From sequence record KX452698: 64,000 nt of DNA. The stretch is one strand, 5' to 3'. The notes beneath the pieces are model-generated. The model made no database searches. It had not been told where the DNA came from and saw nothing but the letters and a program-made list of their open reading frames with translations. Below, piece after piece: positions 28,532 to 37,264 of the stretch (positions are counted from its first letter, which is position 1; each line of letters begins with the position of its first letter). Source of the DNA: Shigella phage KNP5. The translations under genes were made by a program, and so were the position numbers.

Positions 28532-28720
28532 TTAGTCCTTAGTTAAATTTTCTAAATATGTTTCTAAATCATTTTCAGCTTTATCGATAGATTTTACTAA
28601 TTCGTAGTATGTTTCAGCATCTCCATAATCAGAAGATATTTCAAAAGACAAATCTTGTTCTAAACTAATAATTTCACCAACTAAAAATAATATTTCGTTC
28701 TTTTGTTCGCGAGTAATCAT
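28532..28720 (-). CDS. Small acidic protein (62 aa)
   Basis: MITREQKNEILFLVGEIISLEQD...; paralogous to next ORF. Confidence 0.5.
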   Translation of the reverse strand: MITREQKNEILFLVGEIISLEQDLSFEISSDYGDAETYYELVKSIDKAENDLETYLENLTKD

Positions 28721-28902
28721 AAGGAATTTATATAATTAATAAGTTCTTGTTCTTTATCGTCGAAATCTTTACACAGTTCTTCGTATTCATCGGTATTAAA
28801 AGGACCGCATTCATCACAAACTTTTTCCAATTCGCTATTTTTATCCATAACTTCGTGAATAAGAGAAAATAGTCTGTCTTTTTGTTCTTTGCTTAGGCTC
28901 AT
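28717..28902 (-). CDS. Small acidic protein (61 aa)
   Basis: MSLSKEQKDRLFSLIHEVMDK... Confidence 0.5.
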   Translation of the reverse strand: MSLSKEQKDRLFSLIHEVMDKNSELEKVCDECGPFNTDEYEELCKDFDDKEQELINYINSL

Positions 28903-29072
28903 ATATTAATTTCCAAAAGTTTTAAAATAATTCGCTTTTGCTTAAATATTTCCATAGTTAAATGATCAGTATCTTTTTGACCGATTCCAATGGCAAAACC
29001 TTTATTAACAGCGAGTTCAATTAAATTATCAAGTTCACGTAACACTTCATATTGTAGCTCAGAACTATTCAT
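28899..29072 (-). CDS. Hypothetical small protein (57 aa; below ORF-track cutoff)
   Basis: ATGA overlaps at both ends fill the gap between annotated ORFs. Confidence 0.35.
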   Translation of the reverse strand: MNSSELQYEVLRELDNLIELAVNKGFAIGIGQKDTDHLTMEIFKQKRIILKLLEINI

Positions 29073-29296
29073 TTCGGTTTACCTTCTTTAACGAAATCAG
29101 GATAAGGATAAAATCCCGAATAAAATCCTTCACCTTTATGATTGATGCATCCTTTATTAGAACAATAGCACCAATAATCGAAATCACAAGCCATTTCATC
29201 ATTACATAAAGCAAAAACAACTGGCCATTCACACTTTTCGCAGTGTGCATTTTTAAGAATACTAGTTTGGCTCATAACCATGTAACCTTTAAGCAA
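29069..29296 (-). CDS. Cys-rich small protein (75 aa), possible zinc-binding
   Basis: HCEKCEW...C...C...CYC...C spacing. Confidence 0.45.
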   Translation of the reverse strand: MLKGYMVMSQTSILKNAHCEKCEWPVVFALCNDEMACDFDYWCYCSNKGCINHKGEGFYSGFYPYPDFVKEGKPK

Positions 29297-29484
29297 TATT
29301 CTTCTACGTGCTGTTTACGACCTTTCTTATCAATAAAGGTATATTCAACGAATGTTCCAATATAGTCTTTATTTACATCATGTGGACTATTAATTGGGCA
29401 TTTAGTACGGCAAATGCGTTCCCATTGACGAATAATTTCCACTCTGTTTTTAGGATCAAACGGATGCGGGTAATGTACTTTCAT
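29272..29484 (-). CDS. Hypothetical protein (70 aa)
   Basis: Minus-strand ORF. Confidence 0.45.
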   Translation of the reverse strand: MKVHYPHPFDPKNRVEIIRQWERICRTKCPINSPHDVNKDYIGTFVEYTFIDKKGRKQHVEEYCLKVTWL

Positions 29485-29935
29485 AATCCACCACTATTAA
29501 ATCAATATCAGGAGTAAACATGTCGATTAATTTAGAAACCTTGTCCCAATCACCACCAGCAATACCGCAACCTATGCGTGGAATGTAAATTACTGGTTTA
29601 AACAAAAGGGTTTCTGCCTGTAGATTTAATTCTATCATGCAGTTTACTAAAGCACCATAATCAAGATTAGGACCCGGTTCGTATTGCGTATACAAATTAT
29701 AGCATATACCAAATCCCGTAGGACTATGTTTAAAAACAATAGACATATCGCCTAATTTATCACGAGAACCGTACTCGGTAGTGGTTTTATCTATTTCTAA
29801 AATTTTGGGATAGGCTCTTGCTAATTGACCTGCTACGCCAGAGCCCATTGTGTGGAAGCAATTGCACCCGTGCGCAATAATATTACCTTGAAGAAATAGG
29901 GCGACAATATCGCCCTTGATATATTTTACAATCAT
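29456..29935 (-). CDS. Macro-domain (ADP-ribose binding/processing) protein (159 aa)
   Basis: NIIAHGCNCFHTMGSGVAGQLA and IPRIGCGIAGGDW match the two macro-domain glycine-rich loops. Confidence 0.6.
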   Translation of the reverse strand: MIVKYIKGDIVALFLQGNIIAHGCNCFHTMGSGVAGQLARAYPKILEIDKTTTEYGSRDKLGDMSIVFKHSPTGFGICYNLYTQYEPGPNLDYGALVNCMIELNLQAETLLFKPVIYIPRIGCGIAGGDWDKVSKLIDMFTPDIDLIVVDYESTLPASV

Positions 29936-30279
29936 CTAGTACTCAATCCTCGATTATAAGAATCTACCAAACGGTCAACCATTGAATGACAAGCGGCTTT
30001 ATCTTTCTCCTCCGCAACTGAACATTCTAAGGTATTCCATTTTTTAGCATATCGTTTTAACAATGTATCATTTTTGTATCTGCTTGATTTATCTCTTTCT
30101 CCGTCTTTATATGCATATATTAATTTCTGTGCAAATTCAGCTTGGCATGCTTTATTTTTCCCGCAATAATCCGCGGCAGTACGATTTACATACTCTCTAA
30201 TTTCAGTATATGATGTATCTGCTGATGCAGAAGCAGAAAATGAAATTAATCCTATACATAAAACCAAAATTTTAGTCAT
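29932..30279 (-). CDS. Secreted/periplasmic protein with signal peptide (115 aa)
   Basis: MTKILVLCIGLISFSASASA signal sequence; four Cys. Confidence 0.5.
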   Translation of the reverse strand: MTKILVLCIGLISFSASASADTSYTEIREYVNRTAADYCGKNKACQAEFAQKLIYAYKDGERDKSSRYKNDTLLKRYAKKWNTLECSVAEEKDKAACHSMVDRLVDSYNRGLSTR

Positions 30280-30817
30280 TTACTATTTCCAAAAGTTTAT
30301 TATTTTTAAGGTAATTAGCCTTTTCTAGGACTTCAGAAGCATATTTAGAACCTGCTTTAACATTCCATCCCGAATTATAAGAGGATATTGCTTTTCTTAT
30401 ATCGCCCTTATGTATATTTAACCAATAAGAAAGTTCAATGTACGCCCAGGAAGCTGAATTGGACCGTTTATTCAACATTCTTTTTATTTCAGCATCGGTC
30501 ATATTATAACCAAGTTCCTTAACTCTTGCTCGCATAGTTGGCAAATAATTTTGGAACATTCCATAGGCATGATGCTTTGGTTTAGATTTTAAATTAACTC
30601 CGGCAGAGCTTTCTTGCCACAAAATAGCAGCCATTATATGACCCAATCCGCTCTTGTGGATATTTTTGTGTGTTTTATATTTTCCATCCTTAGAAAATTG
30701 TTCCCCGAATTGATATGCGTAACGCATGTTATCGAGTTGGACATTACTGAAAGTATGCTCGGAGCTATGCGCCATCATTGAAATGGCCAATAGACCAGCG
30801 AGTAGTGCTTTTCTCAT
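30272..30817 (-). CDS. Periplasmic lytic-transglycosylase-like (SLT domain) protein (181 aa)
   Basis: Signal peptide MRKALLAGLLAISMMAHS; catalytic-type motif ILWQESS ... AYGMFQ. Confidence 0.55.
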   Translation of the reverse strand: MRKALLAGLLAISMMAHSSEHTFSNVQLDNMRYAYQFGEQFSKDGKYKTHKNIHKSGLGHIMAAILWQESSAGVNLKSKPKHHAYGMFQNYLPTMRARVKELGYNMTDAEIKRMLNKRSNSASWAYIELSYWLNIHKGDIRKAISSYNSGWNVKAGSKYASEVLEKANYLKNNKLLEIVND

Positions 30818-30824
30818 GCTTACC

Positions 30825-31286
30825 TCATTGAGTTTTAATTACTGCTTTAGAAGCCTTTCCTGGTAAACGACGACTGTTGATAATTGCCATCCTGCATTGA
30901 AGCGACGGGTCTTTGAACTTCGCATTAGGTTTACAAACTGTAAATCCAAGCCAAAGATTTCCATCTGTGATTTCTAAACGTCCAGGACGGTATTCAACCC
31001 CATCAATAAAATCCTCGTCAATATCAGGACGCGGAGGCATACTCAGGAATTCATTAACTTCTAAAACATGGTCTTTTATTTTGTGGAATAATTCAAAAAC
31101 ATATGTCTCATCAATCTCTCGTTGAATTGCACGATCAAGAAGATGCTGAGAATATTTTAGATGAAACGATGAGACCCCTGCTGCTTTTGATGCCTCACGA
31201 ATCTCATTGTTAATTTGACGAAACTCCGACTCAAAGTGACGACGAAGCTTATTTCGACGGATAAAAACTTCTGTGTTGATAGTCAT
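30825..31286 (-). CDS. regB: Sequence-specific endoribonuclease RegB (153 aa)
   Basis: MTINTEVFIRRNKLRRHFESEFRQINNEIREASKA...; same length as T4 RegB. Confidence 0.85.
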   Translation of the reverse strand: MTINTEVFIRRNKLRRHFESEFRQINNEIREASKAAGVSSFHLKYSQHLLDRAIQREIDETYVFELFHKIKDHVLEVNEFLSMPPRPDIDEDFIDGVEYRPGRLEITDGNLWLGFTVCKPNAKFKDPSLQCRMAIINSRRLPGKASKAVIKTQ

Positions 31287-31345
31287 GTTATTCTCCTCTT
31301 AACTGATAGAGAAATTATACCACAGTCAAGAGGAAAAGTAAACAG

Positions 31346-31624
31346 TTATTCTTTAAATCTAATCAATTTATTCATAGACTTTGTAACTTCTGCACGAACC
31401 TCATGTAGGTTTTTAAGCTGTTCAAGACGCTGCTCATAGTAAGCAATTTCATCTTCTTCTAGACAGTCCTGTGAATCTTCTTTAAGATAACGCGCATAGT
31501 CCTGGAAAGCTTTACGGACTACTTCCTGGAAGTCATCAAGACTTTGAATTTTCTTAGGAGCAACAGATACACGACGAGGGGCAGTATAATACTCATAACC
31601 AAACCCTGCGCTTAATTGAGCCAT
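31346..31624 (-). CDS. Hypothetical protein (92 aa from ATG 31622-31624)
   Basis: TAATG coupling to upstream ORF; acidic helical C-terminus. Confidence 0.45.
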   Translation of the reverse strand: MAQLSAGFGYEYYTAPRRVSVAPKKIQSLDDFQEVVRKAFQDYARYLKEDSQDCLEEDEIAYYEQRLEQLKNLHEVRAEVTKSMNKLIRFKE

Positions 31625-31926
31625 TAATATTTTTCCTCTGGTTGGAACACAGCACGACAAGCCCACATACTGGCTTCTTTGAGTTTCGTTTTAGCAATAG
31701 TTAACTGATCGAGGCTTTCAGCATAATTCTTCGCGAATTCACAGTCTTCACAATTATCCAGTGCTTCCCAGAATTCATCGTATAAAGCGTCAAAGATAAG
31801 TCCTAAACGAACTTCAGCATCTTTGATAGCATTCACTTTACCGATTTTCTCTTCAGTATGTGGCTTATAACCTTTAATATCTTCAATCATATTTGACTTC
31901 CTCACCAGTACATAAATCATATTCAA
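31624..31926 (-). CDS. Hypothetical protein (100 aa; start may be internal)
   Basis: Minus-strand ORF. Confidence 0.45.
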   Translation of the reverse strand: MNMIYVLVRKSNMIEDIKGYKPHTEEKIGKVNAIKDAEVRLGLIFDALYDEFWEALDNCEDCEFAKNYAESLDQLTIAKTKLKEASMWACRAVFQPEEKY

Positions 31927-32104
31927 CTAAACGAATAGGTTCATGAATGCCATATCCTTGAACAGAAATTTCTGTCGTAGGATAAATTCCATCAATATCA
32001 CCCATGGTCCACGCTTCATTAAATTGCTGTTCGCCTGAATTACTAAACCACTCGGCGAAAGCATTTAACACATCTTTAGAACCTTCAATAATTATCTTTG
32101 CCAT
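31883..32104 (-). CDS. Hypothetical protein (73 aa)
   Basis: Minus-strand ORF directly 3' of grcA-like gene. Confidence 0.45.
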   Translation of the reverse strand: MAKIIIEGSKDVLNAFAEWFSNSGEQQFNEAWTMGDIDGIYPTTEISVQGYGIHEPIRLVEYDLCTGEEVKYD

Positions 32105-32466
32105 TACAAGCTCTCAGTAAAGGTACGAGCGATAACGTCGCGCTGCTGTTCCGGAGTCAGAGAGTTAAAGCGAACTGCATAACCGGATACACGGATGGTC
32201 AGCTGCGGATATTTTTCCGGATGCTTAACTGCATCTTCCAGAGTTTCACGACGCAGAACGTTAACGTTCAGGTGTTGACCACCTTCAATTTTAACTGTAG
32301 GCTGTGGTTCAATTTCAATTTCACGGGTGTGCAAACCGTAGAAAATTTCTGGGTCTACAAAAGAGTCCTCTTTAAAGGTTTTAGAAACAATAATTCGTGC
32401 TTGAATACCATCTTCAAAATAAATAGTACCTTTATGTGTGCCTTCAAGAATTTGATATGCTTTCAT
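32104..32466 (-). CDS. Autonomous glycyl-radical cofactor GrcA/YfiD-like protein (120 aa)
   Basis: C-terminal ...[33 protein letters not shown] glycyl-radical motif; this half is much more GC-rich than surrounding phage DNA. Confidence 0.8.
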   Translation of the reverse strand: MKAYQILEGTHKGTIYFEDGIQARIIVSKTFKEDSFVDPEIFYGLHTREIEIEPQPTVKIEGGQHLNVNVLRRETLEDAVKHPEKYPQLTIRVSGYAVRFNSLTPEQQRDVIARTFTESL

Positions 32467-32472
32467 ATAACC

Positions 32473-32802
32473 TCAATTAGAAAATAAATTTATCCAAGAC
32501 TGTTCTTTAATTAAAAATGGCTCAGAATCATATGCCATTAAACTTTGGGTGATTAGTCCTTTAAAAGGTCCATCAATAAATTCCATGGTAAAATATGGAA
32601 TTTTATTCATTAATCTTGCATTAGGAGCAGTACACAAAACTCTGCATCCTTTGAATACACCTTTTTGTAATTTGTATTGCTTAGGATAAAATTCGCTCAA
32701 GACGTTGTTATTTGCCAAAATTTCAAAATGATTCACCAATTTATTTTTAATAGTTTTTGGCGAAAAATAAAGATATTCGAAAAGCTGTGTGTCTGTCATC
32801 AT
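32473..32802 (-). CDS. Hypothetical protein (109 aa from ATG 32800-32802)
   Basis: ATGA coupling to upstream P-loop gene. Confidence 0.45.
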   Translation of the reverse strand: MMTDTQLFEYLYFSPKTIKNKLVNHFEILANNNVLSEFYPKQYKLQKGVFKGCRVLCTAPNARLMNKIPYFTMEFIDGPFKGLITQSLMAYDSEPFLIKEQSWINLFSN

Positions 32803-33386
32803 TGCATTCCGATTACGAAAAACTGCGGACGAGTAATACCACCAGTGCAACATTTACTATTGCAACAGTATTGTACAGTTTCAATATGAATATCGTAAAT
32901 TTTATCCATATCGGGAGATTTAACCGGCTCATCGATTATATACAAAATCCGCGAAAGCGATAAACCTCTGAACTTGCTGCCTCTATTACCGATAAAACTA
33001 CGGACAGAATCAGTAAATAAACGAAAACGTATATCATCACTAGAATAACGAGAAAATTCTTTTTTAATGTGGCCTGCAGAAATTTTAGCGTAAGCTGAAG
33101 TATTAGAAAGAACAATAACTGTTCCACCGTCATACAGCCAATTAGCAGCAAAGTTAGTCACAGCAGTTGATTTACCGGATTGACGTCCACCATCTAGTCG
33201 AAGTGTGCAATACTGTTTGAGTAAGTCTTCAAATGGTAGGATATAATCGTTTTTACAAATTTCTTCTACTCTAGCATCAGAATGGTATGTAAAAGCATTC
33301 ATCAGGGATAGATAAGGACCAGTTAAAAATGTTCTCATTTTATTCTCTCTAAATTTGGGCCATTCCATGGCGCATGAATTGTCCAT
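32799..33386 (-). CDS. Small P-loop NTPase (195 aa)
   Basis: Walker A GGRQSGKST, Walker B ILYIIDEP. Confidence 0.55.
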   Translation of the reverse strand: MDNSCAMEWPKFRENKMRTFLTGPYLSLMNAFTYHSDARVEEICKNDYILPFEDLLKQYCTLRLDGGRQSGKSTAVTNFAANWLYDGGTVIVLSNTSAYAKISAGHIKKEFSRYSSDDIRFRLFTDSVRSFIGNRGSKFRGLSLSRILYIIDEPVKSPDMDKIYDIHIETVQYCCNSKCCTGGITRPQFFVIGMQ

Positions 33387-33491
33387 TTCTGTATTTACCC
33401 ATTACCGCACTTGGGCTCGACCTTATTACAGGTTGGCGGGAATCCCTCATAGAATCATGAGGTCCAGCTTGTTCCCATATTTCTTATTTGC

Positions 33492-33965
33492 TTATTTGAA
33501 TGATTTGACGTACTGAATAGAGCCTTTGCTATTCACGAAAGCGATTTTACCATTTTTGTTATACATGGTAGCAGTACGCTGATAACCATAAGTTTGTTTA
33601 CCAGATTGATAACCAACTAATGCAAAATTATCTTCACCCATTTTATTCTGCTTCGCGCGGATACGTTCATGACCATGTGCCATAAGAACCTTAGCGTCGC
33701 CAGTTGCAATGGATCTACGAGTTTTTTCATCTTCAACTGTATTAACAAAGTCGTCAAATGAATCAAATTTAGCGTGAGATTTATTATACAGTTTTCCATC
33801 TACTGCATAATTATATCCCTGTACATCCATCTCAACTTCTGTACCATCATCCAATACAGCAGTGATTTTTTGACCTTTTTTAAATTTCAAAAGATCAGTA
33901 AAAGATTCAGCGATAATTTGAGAATTAATAGCTGCTTCAGTGATAAATTCTTGATATGTTTTCAT
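33492..33965 (-). CDS. Internal-protein-like head protein with capsid-targeting leader (157 aa)
   Basis: N-terminus MKTYQEFITE-A matches T4 internal-protein CTS and prohead protease site. Confidence 0.6.
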   Translation of the reverse strand: MKTYQEFITEAAINSQIIAESFTDLLKFKKGQKITAVLDDGTEVEMDVQGYNYAVDGKLYNKSHAKFDSFDDFVNTVEDEKTRRSIATGDAKVLMAHGHERIRAKQNKMGEDNFALVGYQSGKQTYGYQRTATMYNKNGKIAFVNSKGSIQYVKSFK

Positions 33966-33974
33966 GTGTTTCCT

Positions 33975-34391
33975 TTAAATGTAAATAGTTTTACCGTAGT
34001 ATTTATACCAGTGTGGCTTCATTAAAATTTTTTCATCGAGTCGTTGTTGACTCAACTTAATAGCTGATTTGCATGGATTATAATCATTTTTCCATTCTGC
34101 TGGAATATCGCTGATGTCAGGAACTTCAGTATCTTTTATATTAAACCCACGTTTTAAGCATTCCGTTATAATGTCTGATTGACGCTTTCGCAAAAATTCT
34201 AACTTATCATAAAAGAACGTAACATGACCAGAGCCTAAAATAAACTCGGAAGATATTTTAAAATCTTTAACCCGCTTACCATTTGCAACATGTTTACGAA
34301 CTATACCAAAAACACGCGGCAGTTCACGGTATTCTGCGATTAAATGTTGATCAGCAAGTTCAGATACTAAAGTCAAATTAATACGAGTCAT
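33975..34391 (-). CDS. denV: Endonuclease V, pyrimidine-dimer DNA glycosylase (138 aa)
   Basis: [28 protein letters not shown]...; same length as T4 DenV. Confidence 0.9.
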   Translation of the reverse strand: MTRINLTLVSELADQHLIAEYRELPRVFGIVRKHVANGKRVKDFKISSEFILGSGHVTFFYDKLEFLRKRQSDIITECLKRGFNIKDTEVPDISDIPAEWKNDYNPCKSAIKLSQQRLDEKILMKPHWYKYYGKTIYI

Positions 34392-34450
34392 TTTATCCCT
34401 CCAAGTAACTGTGAATATACTATCACAGTTCTAGAAGAAAGTAAACAACT

Positions 34451-34981
<531 letters not shown>

Positions 34982-35437
34982 TTAAAAGAGGCTGTTCATT
35001 ATTCGGTAAAGTGAAGGACCCATCACATATTGCCACTGAGTACGAGGAATAAGGGCAAAAGCATCCATCTCTGGAATCATAACACCATCTTTATTTTCAA
35101 AATAAGACTCGCAATGGCAATTTCTAAACATCTCATGCTCTACTGGAATCGTATAATAAAATAACTGTAAGTCTTTATTACTAGAATATTTAAATACACC
35201 TAGGTCTTCTAGAAGGTCTGAATTATAATCGATAAAACCAGTCTCTTCTGAGCATTCTCTTTTTGCAGCTTCCAGTGCATTCAAATCAGAACTTTCTACA
35301 CGGCCCTTTGGAATATCCCAGCGATGTGCCATCATTCCAGGTTTACGAGAACCAGTAACTCGTCCCATAAATAAATCTTTATCTTCTGTCATAAAGATAA
35401 TACCAGCTGATAATGTTTTCATTTTAATTTCCTGCAT
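34982..35437 (-). CDS. nudE: Nudix hydrolase (151 aa)
   Basis: Nudix box GRVESSDLNALEAAKRECSEETG. Confidence 0.8.
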   Translation of the reverse strand: MQEIKMKTLSAGIIFMTEDKDLFMGRVTGSRKPGMMAHRWDIPKGRVESSDLNALEAAKRECSEETGFIDYNSDLLEDLGVFKYSSNKDLQLFYYTIPVEHEMFRNCHCESYFENKDGVMIPEMDAFALIPRTQWQYVMGPSLYRIMNSLF

Positions 35438-35907
35438 TCAGTGATAAAGTTATTTAAATTTTGAGTATATTTCTTTTCATCAAAAATCTTTTGTTGTCTG
35501 CGTAGCCGCCATGGCATTTCAATGAACGTGTACCATATCCCAGATAATATTGCTGCTGTAAAAATATTAACAAGTATGGTTAAAAGAATCCAATCTCCTA
35601 TTCTGTCCATTGGATTTTTTATAAAAAAGTAAAATACGAATGATGTCACAGGAAGACTAATAATATACCACAGAATCATAATTTTATCTGTGAACCAATC
35701 AGCGTTCGTTAACTTAGCGCGACCATTATGAATACACACGAATTTATCGTCTGTTATAGTAGATGGCTTAACTGGTTGATATCCCATTCTAAACTCCCTA
35801 ATCAACAAATTTTTCATATCTTCGGAACAGCCATTCCAGTCAACTCTATCAACTGGAATGCCATCATCCCCATCATCTAAATCATACCAGCGAGTTTTTA
35901 AAATCAT
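35419..35907 (-). CDS. Membrane protein (162 aa)
   Basis: Two hydrophobic helices (IMILWYIISLPVTSFVFYFFI, ILLTILVNIFTAAILSGIWY). Confidence 0.5.
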   Translation of the reverse strand: MILKTRWYDLDDGDDGIPVDRVDWNGCSEDMKNLLIREFRMGYQPVKPSTITDDKFVCIHNGRAKLTNADWFTDKIMILWYIISLPVTSFVFYFFIKNPMDRIGDWILLTILVNIFTAAILSGIWYTFIEMPWRLRRQQKIFDEKKYTQNLNNFITECRKLK

Positions 35908-36266
35908 TTGATTTTCCTACAATCATTCACGAATTCTTTCATTGATTCATTTTCAATATAAGACATGTAGCTATTGTATTCTTTTAATTGTATTTTGTAA
36001 TCCTTTTTTCTTTGCCAATTTATTTTAAAATTATCATAATGAAAAAATAGCATGGTACCAAAGAATGAAAATAATGAAATCGCTATAGTAAAACGAAGTT
36101 CACTCCAAACATCTGTTATAATTGCTGAACTATCGATGTTTAAAATAATACAGTCAATCATTAATCCAATAAGACTACCAGCAAGAGCTGCAGCCAACGC
36201 CACAGCAAGAATTAATAGCGCCTCGGGAAACGAATATTTGACTTTATTTAGTTTTGGCTTTTGCAT
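35904..36266 (-). CDS. Membrane protein (120 aa)
   Basis: Two hydrophobic helices; ATGA coupling. Confidence 0.5.
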   Translation of the reverse strand: MQKPKLNKVKYSFPEALLILAVALAAALAGSLIGLMIDCIILNIDSSAIITDVWSELRFTIAISLFSFFGTMLFFHYDNFKINWQRKKDYKIQLKEYNSYMSYIENESMKEFVNDCRKIK

Positions 36267-36661
36267 CGTGATTCCTTAACAAATTTCATAATTTCATCAA
36301 ATTCATACGCAGCAAGTTTAAGCTGATGTTCTTTTTTAATCTTTTTGCACTGGGCTTTCCAATCACGTATACGTTTACGATAGTGTCTTCCTTGATACCA
36401 GTATCCTACCCAATTCACAGGTACTAATAAAAGCGGAACTACCAATGGAAAAATTAGTGTTGCTCCAAATATTACACCAGATTCAATATCAGTCATAACG
36501 TCTATAACCATTCCAGCAATCAGCAAAATCACAAATGATACAGCTACCACAGGACCTATTAACACATCAGTAGAAATTAGCTGACGCTTTGGTTCATACT
36601 TCACAGGTTTACTTGGAAGGTATAGTGATGGCTTTGACATATTCTCTACATTCCTTAACAA
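36248..36661 (-). CDS. Membrane protein (137 aa)
   Basis: Two hydrophobic helices (VLIGPVVAVSFVILLIAGMVI, IFGATLIFPLVVPLLLVPV). Confidence 0.5.
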   Translation of the reverse strand: MLRNVENMSKPSLYLPSKPVKYEPKRQLISTDVLIGPVVAVSFVILLIAGMVIDVMTDIESGVIFGATLIFPLVVPLLLVPVNWVGYWYQGRHYRKRIRDWKAQCKKIKKEHQLKLAAYEFDEIMKFVKESRCKSQN

Positions 36662-37223
36662 ATTTTTCTAATAATAAATCGCTTTCAAAATTGGGATTTT
36701 CTACGAATTTATCAAAAAGATCATCAACAATAGTTAAGATATTCTTTTTACTAAGAATACGTTTATTTTCATGCTTTGTTTCAGAATCAATTATAAGAGT
36801 AAAGAAATATTTCTTTCCCTGAAATTTTACCGTAGTATCAATATAAAATAAATTTGACTTTTGTAAATTACGTTTAAACCATGCGTCACTTAAACTATAA
36901 ACGCCAAGATAATCATAATCGTCGTTTAAATAACAAACCGTCCATTCAGGAGAAATGAAATCAGTAAATTCAACATCAAAATCACATGTCAATGAATGAA
37001 TTGATTCAATACTGTTAATGAGTATTCCAGGACGTATTAAAGACTTTTTACCTCTAGAAAATCTTCCGGAAAGGCTTTCATCAGTTTCATATGAAGACCC
37101 CCAATAGTAATTACGTCCTTCTGCCATACGTTTAAGAGCATTTAGTAATTGGTCTGGAACATCAACCTGTCTTTGGAACTCTTCAAACATTGAATTGAAA
37201 TCACTTTGCATTTTCATTTTCAT
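36609..37223 (-). CDS. Hypothetical protein (204 aa)
   Basis: Minus-strand ORF. Confidence 0.5.
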   Translation of the reverse strand: MKMKMQSDFNSMFEEFQRQVDVPDQLLNALKRMAEGRNYYWGSSYETDESLSGRFSRGKKSLIRPGILINSIESIHSLTCDFDVEFTDFISPEWTVCYLNDDYDYLGVYSLSDAWFKRNLQKSNLFYIDTTVKFQGKKYFFTLIIDSETKHENKRILSKKNILTIVDDLFDKFVENPNFESDLLLEKFVKECREYVKAITIPSK

Positions 37224-37264
37224 TCCTATTTACTCCAAGTATAAGGGGCCGAAGCCCCTTATCA

